This document shows positions 17,387-25,217 of a stretch of 46,172 bases of DNA, one piece after another (the stretch's first letter is position 1; each line of letters opens with the position of its first letter). The translations under genes were made by a program, and so were the position numbers. Source of the DNA: Methanothrix sp. (lineage in GTDB: Archaea > Halobacteriota > Methanosarcinia > Methanotrichales > Methanotrichaceae). The notes below the pieces were generated by a model that saw nothing but the letters and a program-made list of their open reading frames with translations, was not told where the DNA came from and did no database searches. The DNA is taken from positions 1 to 46,172 of the forward strand of contig JAXGJB010000019.1 in assembly GCA_040770465.1 (NCBI GenBank), given 5' to 3'.

Positions 17387-19135
17387 CTAATTCCCTTTGA
17401 TGATCTCCCTCACCCTTTGATCGAACTCAGGCGTACCCAAAAGCCTACTGATCTCCCTTTGCACCAGCATCTCAACCTCGCTCGCCTCCGCATCCGTCAA
17501 GCTCTCTTTGGAGAAGATGCTGGGGGGGTGCAGGTTCAGAAATATTGGCATTTTTCCTTCGACGATCCTGTCTTTGGCCTTGGCCAGCTCTCCACGCATG
17601 CCCCCAGGACCGTAGAAGTAGTTTCGCAGGCTCTCTTTAGTAAATGGAGTATAACCCTTGGCGTCGATGATATTCATCTCTTGGCTGTCGATGTATTCTA
17701 TGGCCGACTCCACAATCCCATATATTCTGGACTCCAGTGTTCCCTCCTTCAAATGCTCCCCGGCCACACCTCCATAGGGGTTACGCAGAAGGATGAGGAT
17801 GTCTTCAGAACCACCGTTGCCGAGCTTGCGATAGACCTCGATTTTGGTGATCTTGTGATCGGTGAGGTCGTCTATCGCCTCCTTGATCTTATCCTCCCGT
17901 ACGAATCCTCTTGTGAATACGAAGGCTCGATCGGCCCTATCTGGGACGCAGGGGAAGAAGCGGGACCCCTCCTGGAGGGCATGTTCCACCAGGGACCGCT
18001 CTCCATCCCGAGCACCAGCATGGTGGTGATAGCATGGAACGAGAATGGGTGTCGGCAGAAAACTGGTACCATCCTCCCAGGTGAGTCTGTCGTCCTGATC
18101 CGCATCCAGGAACACCCTCCTCAAGGCCGGAGCGTCGTCTTGGAGCTTTGCCCCTGGATAATTTCTGATGTCCAGCAGGGGCCTCAGGCAGGAGTAGATG
18201 TCTTTGTCGATAGATTTGAAGTCACCGTTATGCTTTACTTTGAGGATCTCGTTGTCTACGACGATGAGGGAATCGATGCCCTCTCCTGCGGGCTTGGTGA
18301 GCAGATCATACATGGCTATGGTCGCTCCCAGGTTCCTCTGCCCCTCACCGGTTTTGCGGGATTCCTTTCCCGTCTCCGTCAGTATCCCTAAAGCTAAGAT
18401 TGGAAAGGCCTTCTGCTTCTCCACCTGACGGACGTAGGCGGTGATGGGGTTGATGAAACCAGTTCCAGTGCCACCGCCTAAGGATGCGACGAAGAGAATT
18501 GAATCGCAGAGATTTTTAGACTTGGATACGTACCTACTTAACGAATCGCCATTCGAGTTTTTTAAGGGCACCCTGATCGACTTCAGGGTGCTGAGGATGC
18601 CTCCCAGGATACCTGCACTTTCTGCCTCTTCATCACCTGCGGATCCTGATTTGATCCCTTTGTATGATGGGGACTCCAGACCCAGGCCAAGCACCGTGTA
18701 GGGTCTGATACCGCACTTCCACATGTACCCAGGAAGGGGATAATCCTCTCCATTGAATTCCTTCCGAGATTTTTTCTTTATCTCTTCCAGGTCGAAGACC
18801 TCGAAGATGCCCTTCAAGTACTCAGCCCGACGATCATACCCCTGGGCCTTCAGATCGAGCCCGTACTTGTCCGTTATCCATTTTCTTAAGGGGGAATCAT
18901 CGGGGATTATTTTATGGCAGATTAGGCAGCCCGGGTATTCACCATTCTCCAGATCGCCATAGAAATTCTGGTCTTGGACGTCTTGAGTGGCCGACTCCAG
19001 CCACACCCCCTTGGCGTTCCCGAAGGCAAGGTGTTCTCCAAAGGAGCCGACGGGCAAGGAGACGTCCTGGCTTTGCAGGAACTGCTTGAGAATGTTGCCC
19101 CCGGCCCCACCTATCCCCACTATCATGGGCTTCAT
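17387..19135 (-). CDS. Divergent tubulin/FtsZ-superfamily GTPase (CetZ/FtsZ-like), 582 aa
   Basis: IVGIGGAGGNI (T1), ASLGGGTGTG (T4 signature), LIVVDN; large insertions and a C-terminal extension. Confidence 0.85.
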   Translation of the reverse strand: MKPMIVGIGGAGGNILKQFLQSQDVSLPVGSFGEHLAFGNAKGVWLESATQDVQDQNFYGDLENGEYPGCLICHKIIPDDSPLRKWITDKYGLDLKAQGYDRRAEYLKGIFEVFDLEEIKKKSRKEFNGEDYPLPGYMWKCGIRPYTVLGLGLESPSYKGIKSGSAGDEEAESAGILGGILSTLKSIRVPLKNSNGDSLSRYVSKSKNLCDSILFVASLGGGTGTGFINPITAYVRQVEKQKAFPILALGILTETGKESRKTGEGQRNLGATIAMYDLLTKPAGEGIDSLIVVDNEILKVKHNGDFKSIDKDIYSCLRPLLDIRNYPGAKLQDDAPALRRVFLDADQDDRLTWEDGTSFLPTPILVPCYHHHAGARDGERSLVEHALQEGSRFFPCVPDRADRAFVFTRGFVREDKIKEAIDDLTDHKITKIEVYRKLGNGGSEDILILLRNPYGGVAGEHLKEGTLESRIYGIVESAIEYIDSQEMNIIDAKGYTPFTKESLRNYFYGPGGMRGELAKAKDRIVEGKMPIFLNLHPPSIFSKESLTDAEASEVEMLVQREISRLLGTPEFDQRVREIIKGN

Positions 19136-19719
19136 CTTACACCTCCCTTGATGCTAAGGAAGACCGGACTGAGGAGGAGGATCAAGGGCGCCAGCAGGGC
19201 AAAATATCCGCAGTACCAGATCATATCGTCGGTCCTGGGGTATATTGCGCCCAGATATAACGAGAGGAGGATGGAGATCGTCAGCAGGAGCGGCGCGAGA
19301 AAGGTCATCATCTTCTTGATCGTCCCATGAATTATATAATATTTATATATCTCAGGTATGACAACAGCCGGAATAAAAGTCAGGCCCATAACCCCCCAAC
19401 CGAAGATGATCATTCCATACCAAGCGGAGGCTATTCGAGGCAGCTGGAAATAATTCCAGTTCTGAAAGATCGCAGGCGTCTGGAAGAATAGATAGGCCAT
19501 GCCGACGAAAAAAAGGAGCCACGATAGCAGCATCATCGTATTGAAGTTGGACCCCTGAGGAAGCTCTAAATGTTTCTTCAGCTCTTCCATCTCAAAGTTA
19601 CCATCGGTGGTCTTCCGAACCCGGTGATAAATTCTGTCCAGGCAGGTCTTATGAATCACCATAGCAAGGCCCAGGATGGCCAGAATAAGCCCTAAGAGGA
19701 GCAACTCCAATCTCATCAT
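19132..19719 (-). CDS. Integral membrane protein (about 5 TM, 195 aa)
   Basis: Hydrophobic segments; ATGA overlaps with both neighbouring genes. Confidence 0.8.
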   Translation of the reverse strand: MMRLELLLLGLILAILGLAMVIHKTCLDRIYHRVRKTTDGNFEMEELKKHLELPQGSNFNTMMLLSWLLFFVGMAYLFFQTPAIFQNWNYFQLPRIASAWYGMIIFGWGVMGLTFIPAVVIPEIYKYYIIHGTIKKMMTFLAPLLLTISILLSLYLGAIYPRTDDMIWYCGYFALLAPLILLLSPVFLSIKGGVR

Positions 19720-21158
19720 CGGTAAAACCTCCTCTCTATCACGACGCCACATGCCAGCGCCGCCAGCAGGACGGCGAGGATGTTGACTACCGTCACCATC
19801 GAGTATATCGGATACTTCACGATCTTGGGGTTGATCTTCCCTCCTGAGGTCCCGCCCATCTCCTCCCGAGAGTTCTGGTCTGTCTCCGAGTACCTGAAGT
19901 AATAGCTGAAGCTCTCGTCGGCGTCGGAGACGTCGAAGGGCTGAAGATCGAAGATGACGTCCTGCACCTCATCGGAGGCGTTGATGGTCTTAGTTTTCTG
20001 ATACATGTTGGGATGGGACGGCGTGCTGGTGTAGAGGTCGATCTTCAGGTTGCTCACATCCGGATTCTTAACCTTCAGGCTGAACCTGTAGTTCTGCCAC
20101 CAGTACCTGTTCTCGTCTGCGGCCTCAACATTGGGGTCCGAGACGAAGATCTTGGGGCTCGGCAGAATGCTCGGCCCGAGATATATCTCCGTCCTGTTGC
20201 TGTCCAGGCCGTCTCCGTAGGTGTACATGTAAGAGAAGTTCTTTCCTGCATCCCTCTCACCGAAGAGGCCGTACTCGGTGGCAGCGAAGGTTACGTTAGT
20301 GCCGGAAGGCACCTCTTGAGTGTAGTTTACAATCTCCTTGTTCTGATCGTCGAGGAGGTGGAGGGTCACGTTGATCAGATCTCCGTCGGAATCCGCAAAC
20401 CGGGCCTCGTAACGGATCGGATCGTTGTACCGGGCCCTAGAAGGTTCTACACTGACGCTCTCCTCATCCACTTTCGGGGGGCTATTGACCAGATCAAGTT
20501 CGAGAACGCTGAAGAAATTGTTTTGATGAAAAGGCTCGCTGTACATGGTGTCGGTGCAGTAGGTGCTGTGCATGTCGTTGAACCAGATGCGGAAGGTGGC
20601 ATTTCCCACCTCCCTCGAATCGAGGAACGGGGTCAATCCAGACCAGTCCCGGGTGGTGGAGTTGGACTTCGATGAGTACTCATTCGCGAGGATCACCCTC
20701 TGAGATCCGATCCTGGTGAAGTTCTCCTGGCCCGGACCCTTCGCCTCCAGGTAGAGGTAGACGTCCGACCTGACCTCGATGGGATTCTCGTTCTTCACCC
20801 AGGCGTATATATCGAGCTTCTCGTTTCGAGTGATCTTGGCATTCTCCGTGGAGTTGGGGTACCATATCAGGACCGTAGGAGCGGAGTAATTCTTGGGCGG
20901 GACGAAGGGTATGTAGAGGAGCTTTTTGAGGTACTCGTACTGATCGGGGTCGTCTTGCGACCATTTCTCAAGGTTGCCGATCAGATCTTCCAGCTCCAGT
21001 TTGACTATCTTCTTGCCGCCGCTCTTGGTGGTCCCACTGCTGCTATCCCCACTGGACGACGGCGTCGATTTGGGGGGCGAGGGGCTCACCCCGGCGGCCT
21101 GAGCCGCCAGGGGGAGTAGGAGACAAACCACGATCATGCACGCCGCTAATCTCTTCAT
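19716..21158 (-). CDS. Secreted, C-terminally membrane-anchored beta-sandwich repeat protein (480 aa)
   Basis: Signal peptide MKRLAACMIVVCLLLPLAAQA, S/T/P linker, V-x-P...Y-x-x-x-F-x-DSDGD and YLGP motifs, C-terminal TM followed by ERRFYR. Confidence 0.8.
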   Translation of the reverse strand: MKRLAACMIVVCLLLPLAAQAAGVSPSPPKSTPSSSGDSSSGTTKSGGKKIVKLELEDLIGNLEKWSQDDPDQYEYLKKLLYIPFVPPKNYSAPTVLIWYPNSTENAKITRNEKLDIYAWVKNENPIEVRSDVYLYLEAKGPGQENFTRIGSQRVILANEYSSKSNSTTRDWSGLTPFLDSREVGNATFRIWFNDMHSTYCTDTMYSEPFHQNNFFSVLELDLVNSPPKVDEESVSVEPSRARYNDPIRYEARFADSDGDLINVTLHLLDDQNKEIVNYTQEVPSGTNVTFAATEYGLFGERDAGKNFSYMYTYGDGLDSNRTEIYLGPSILPSPKIFVSDPNVEAADENRYWWQNYRFSLKVKNPDVSNLKIDLYTSTPSHPNMYQKTKTINASDEVQDVIFDLQPFDVSDADESFSYYFRYSETDQNSREEMGGTSGGKINPKIVKYPIYSMVTVVNILAVLLAALACGVVIERRFYR

Positions 21159-21159
21159 A

Positions 21160-23169
21160 TCAAATCCCGACCGGCACGAAGTCCACTTCCAGACAATACG
21201 GATATCCCTTCCACTCAAGCCTTCTCCACTCGGCGGTATCTGAGGCGTAGACCTTCGGATCGTCTGCGAGGGTCCACGCCGTCCGGTCCATGGTGGTGAC
21301 CAGATCGACAGCGAGGCTGGAGAGGGATGACCGGACCTCCACGCCGTAAGTATAGACGTACTCCTCTTTCGCTTTGTCGTAAGTCACGTTCCATGTCTTA
21401 TTTCTGAAGTTGACCAGAATCTCGGGACCGCTGAAACCTTCCTCGCCGTCCAGGAACCTCGTGCCGGAGAGGAACCTGAACCTGGACTCGCCCAAGAAGG
21501 GCTCGGCGAAGGGCAGCTCGTCCAAGGTGAAGTTGAGAGAACCCTCTGAAAAGTTGTAGCTCTGGGGGTTTCCCGCCTCCATCCAGGTCTTGCGGACCGG
21601 ATCGTAAACCTCAAGCTTCACCACCAACGGCTCGGTGCTCTCGATGGAGTCTACCTCCACCGAATAGATGTAAGGCGTCCGAGCCAGCCTCTCCCCCGCC
21701 GGATGGAAGCTCGCGTCCCAGGACCCGATAGATCCGTTGTCGGGCAGAACTCTTCCACGGATTAACTCCTTGAATATGTTTGGCCCCTGGTAAATGGTGG
21801 GTGGAGAAGCCACTCTGATGAACCTGAAGCTGACGTTTCCGGCGACGTCACCGTCGAAGGATATGTCCTTCCAGCTGATCTGAGGGTCGCCGTTGTAGGT
21901 GGTGATCCCCTGGGACCTCCATATGCCAGAGCCCGGCTCGCTGGTCTGAAGCTCGATGTCGCAGATGGGAAGAGCCGTACTTACATCCACAGAGTAAGTA
22001 TACCTGGCAACGGTGCTCCCCCTTTCGGGAGATACGGTGGCGTTCTCATACTTTATCAGGACGATCTCGGGTCCCAGGTAGACCTTCCCCTCCTCCTCCC
22101 GGCTGGTGCCGAGGGGGCTCTCGGATCCGGGGTAGTAGAAGCTGAAGTAGTATGAGGATGTCCCCTCTGAACCGATCGTCTCGCTCGGCATGACGCCGGT
22201 CCATTCCATCCTCTGCCAGAAAGTGGCGTTTTCGTACCTCTTCTTCTCGACAAGCTTGAACTGGTTTTGATCTATGTCCCAGATGTTCAGGCCTACGTCC
22301 AGGTTCTTTGAGCCCTTAAAATCGAGGGAATAGGTGAAGGGCGATCCAGAAAAGCCGTCAAGAGGGTAGACGGTGGCATTTTCGTATTCGTAATCTACCG
22401 GCCAGAAGGGGCCTTCGAAGCTCTCCGTCTGCTTTCTTCCCACGAACCTGTAGTGGGCTTTGATGAAGTCGAAGTCGAGGGAGACGTTGTCCCACCTCAG
22501 AGTCTGCCAGGCTCCGATGTTGGTGTAGTTTTTGCTGCCGCAGTCCTTCCAGGGGCCGATCGCCTCCGGAGCCACCTGGAGAGAGACGACGTCATCGGCG
22601 CTTGAGAAGACGTCGATCCGATAGCTGTGAAGGGTCTCGTCGGTGCCCGTCCTCGGCGAGACCTCGGCGTTCTTGTAGACGGTGATCATCTTGATGAGGC
22701 TGGGCTCGCCGTCATAGCTCTCCAGGGCCACAGGGTCGCCGACAAGGGGAGTTATCAGGACCCTGTACCAGCTCTTCTCCCAGATGCTGGTGTCGTTATC
22801 GTCGGTAGCCCATTCGCCGAATGCTCCTCGGCTCATCTCCGGAGACCTGAAGTTGACGTCGAAGCTGACGACTTGAGATGAGTGGGCGGTGAGGCTGACG
22901 TCAGAGGTGTATTTTTTTGAGGCGGAATAATCGGTGTAGTCAGGCCCCGCCTCCAGATCAACCACATAACGCATGGGGCTGTTCATCGCATTTGTCAGGT
23001 GGACTTTGTAGACTATGGGCTGGTTGACGTTATAGGGCATATTTGCAGTGCTGACCTGCTGGAAGCTCATCGAGGCTTCCGTCTGGCCAAAAGCAGGAGC
23101 AATAACTAGCGTAGCTGCGACGAAAACCAGGAGCGCAGATTTTGGAAGTATCAAGCTCTCATCACCCAC
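21160..23169 (-). CDS. Secreted protein with about five 100-120 aa internal repeats (669 aa)
   Basis: Signal-like segment ending APAFG; repeated Y-x-NATV-x-P-x-x-G...Y-x-Y-x-[VI]-[DE]-V...GP-x-I units. Confidence 0.8.
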   Translation of the reverse strand: MGDESLILPKSALLVFVAATLVIAPAFGQTEASMSFQQVSTANMPYNVNQPIVYKVHLTNAMNSPMRYVVDLEAGPDYTDYSASKKYTSDVSLTAHSSQVVSFDVNFRSPEMSRGAFGEWATDDNDTSIWEKSWYRVLITPLVGDPVALESYDGEPSLIKMITVYKNAEVSPRTGTDETLHSYRIDVFSSADDVVSLQVAPEAIGPWKDCGSKNYTNIGAWQTLRWDNVSLDFDFIKAHYRFVGRKQTESFEGPFWPVDYEYENATVYPLDGFSGSPFTYSLDFKGSKNLDVGLNIWDIDQNQFKLVEKKRYENATFWQRMEWTGVMPSETIGSEGTSSYYFSFYYPGSESPLGTSREEEGKVYLGPEIVLIKYENATVSPERGSTVARYTYSVDVSTALPICDIELQTSEPGSGIWRSQGITTYNGDPQISWKDISFDGDVAGNVSFRFIRVASPPTIYQGPNIFKELIRGRVLPDNGSIGSWDASFHPAGERLARTPYIYSVEVDSIESTEPLVVKLEVYDPVRKTWMEAGNPQSYNFSEGSLNFTLDELPFAEPFLGESRFRFLSGTRFLDGEEGFSGPEILVNFRNKTWNVTYDKAKEEYVYTYGVEVRSSLSSLAVDLVTTMDRTAWTLADDPKVYASDTAEWRRLEWKGYPYCLEVDFVPVGI

Positions 23170-23283
23170 CTTGATCTATGCGATCTTCTCAGAAATTACC
23201 TGTGGGAGGTTAGATACGTCTCTATTAAAAGTTAACGGATGAACTGACAAGAGACAGCAGCCGGCCAAAAAATTGGCGGGGGT

Positions 23284-24423
23284 TCACCCGTCGATCGCCT
23301 TGCTCGCCGCCTCGACTCCGGTTCCCAGGCTGGAAATCACGCCTTCTTTCTCCAGGACCAGCTCCAGGGTCTGAATGGTTCTGAGAACGTCGGACTCGGT
23401 ACAGGCGCCCATGGTCCCGATCCTGAATATCTTGCCCTTCAGTCCCGACTGGCCGCCGGAGACGACGACGCCGCGCTTTCTCATTCCTCCCCGAAGCTGG
23501 CCGTCGGTGATTCCGTCGGGCATCTTCATGGCGGTGACGGTGTTGGAGTAGGATGAGTGCTCGTTGACCTGGGGGAATAGCTCGATCCCGAGGGCAGATG
23601 CTGCTTCTCTCACTCCCTTGGCGAGCCTAGCCATCCGGGCCCGCCTCTCGGCAAAGCCCTCCTCTGCGGCGATGATCAGCGCCTCCTGGAGAGCGAAGAA
23701 TAGGGATACTGCGGGAGTGTAAGGGGTCTGGTTCTTCTTCGCCTTGTCCAGGTGAGCTTTTAAGTCGGTGTAGTAGCTGCCCTTGCCCTTCTCCAGCATC
23801 TCTTCTGCCCTCTTGCTGACTGCCACCATGGCGAGCCCCGGGGGGACTGCAAGGCACTTCTGAGATCCGGTGATGGCGATGTCGATCCCCCACTCATCGG
23901 TGAGAAACTCGTTTCCGCCGACGGAGGATATACCGTCCACGATGAATATGGCGTCGTATTTCCGGGCGAGCTTTCCGACCTCCCTGGCTGGGTTGACGAT
24001 CCCGACGGAGGTCTCGTTGTGGACCATGGCTATGGCTTTTGCGCCGTCTTCGAGGGCGGACTTTATCTTTTCCAGGTCGAAGGGAGTTCCCCAGGCGAAG
24101 TCCAGGGGGACGGCGGTCCCGTAGCGGTCGCCGAGTTCAGTGAACCTCTCGCCGAACTTGCCGTTGGTGATGGTGACGATCTTATCCTCTTTTCCGATGA
24201 TGCCGCCAACGGCCGCCTCCATGCCGGCGGTTCCGCTGCCGCTCAGGACGGCGGCGTCGTTCTTCGTGTCGAAGAGCTCCTTCAGCCGCGACCTGCAGTC
24301 CTCGTAGATCTTCTCGAAGTCGGCGCTTCTGTGGCTGATCATCGGCTTTGACATGGCCCGGAGCACCCTCTGGGGGACCTTGACCGGCCCCGGAATCATG
24401 AGCAGCGTGTCCTCGATATCCAA
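23284..24423 (-). CDS. Class V PLP-dependent aminotransferase (alanine-glyoxylate/serine-pyruvate type)
   Basis: LMIPGP, GSGTAGMEAA, VHNETSVG, VDGISS, GSQKCL and FRIGTMG motifs. Confidence 0.92.
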   Translation of the reverse strand: MDIEDTLLMIPGPVKVPQRVLRAMSKPMISHRSADFEKIYEDCRSRLKELFDTKNDAAVLSGSGTAGMEAAVGGIIGKEDKIVTITNGKFGERFTELGDRYGTAVPLDFAWGTPFDLEKIKSALEDGAKAIAMVHNETSVGIVNPAREVGKLARKYDAIFIVDGISSVGGNEFLTDEWGIDIAITGSQKCLAVPPGLAMVAVSKRAEEMLEKGKGSYYTDLKAHLDKAKKNQTPYTPAVSLFFALQEALIIAAEEGFAERRARMARLAKGVREAASALGIELFPQVNEHSSYSNTVTAMKMPDGITDGQLRGGMRKRGVVVSGGQSGLKGKIFRIGTMGACTESDVLRTIQTLELVLEKEGVISSLGTGVEAASKAIDG

Positions 24424-24499
24424 ATCTTATCCCTCGTCATCTTACAACCACGGGAAGTCTATATAAATCTAGCTTTGAGCCCGGCTTTATACCCGGTTT

Positions 24500-25141
24500 T
24501 TAAACTCGACTTTTAAGCCCAGCTTTTATCCGTTCTGCCGTCTTCCAGCTCTGCCTTGCGAAGGGAGGAAGATCCCCATGTTCTTTCACCCAGGATTCGA
24601 GAAAGCGAATGGTTGCGGGGTCTGAGGGGTAACCGCTCCCGATCTCTTCTCCGATCGCCGCCTCGATCTCCCGGACAGATCTGTCTCTATTCACCTTGGC
24701 GAGGATCGATGCCGCGGCCACCACGGGGTAATTTCTGTCGGCCCGATGCTCGGCGATGACCTCCATGCCGGTCCCGCTCCCCTCCTTAACCCGCCGGGCG
24801 AACCTGCCTGGGTTGACGTCGGCGGCGTCCAGGATCGCCCTGTCCGCGGAGAGCTTCTCCACCACCTTCGAAAAGCTCCTGACCATGATCTCGTTCATGG
24901 TCATGAGCTGGCGGAGCTCGTCGATCACCTCCGGCTTCACCTCCAGGACGTATTTGTCGAGGGTGATCTTCTCGATCCTCGCGGCTAGGAGCTCTCTTCT
25001 GGCGGGTGTGAGGAGCTTGGAGTCTTTCACCCCCATGGCTGCCAGGTCGAAGAGCCGGTCCTCGTCGATCACCACCCCGGCGACGAACATCGAGCCGATC
25101 ACCGGCCCCTTCCCCGCCTCGTCGGCGCCCAAAAGTCGCAT
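24500..25141 (-). CDS. rnhB: Ribonuclease HII
   Basis: GADEAGKGPVIG, VKDSK-x-L, VAAASILAKV and GSGYPSDP motifs. Confidence 0.96.
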   Translation of the reverse strand: MRLLGADEAGKGPVIGSMFVAGVVIDEDRLFDLAAMGVKDSKLLTPARRELLAARIEKITLDKYVLEVKPEVIDELRQLMTMNEIMVRSFSKVVEKLSADRAILDAADVNPGRFARRVKEGSGTGMEVIAEHRADRNYPVVAAASILAKVNRDRSVREIEAAIGEEIGSGYPSDPATIRFLESWVKEHGDLPPFARQSWKTAERIKAGLKSRV

Positions 25142-25217
25142 CGCTCATCAGGTGGGGGCCGGAGGTATTTGAATCGATCGAAAAATGAGGAGGGCGAAAG
25201 AGGATCGAGATCCTCTA

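Noticed and set aside
17387-19135. Naming the gene ftsZ or cetZ
   Set aside because: The signature motifs are present, but length, insertions and the T7 region differ; subfamily cannot be assigned without a tree.
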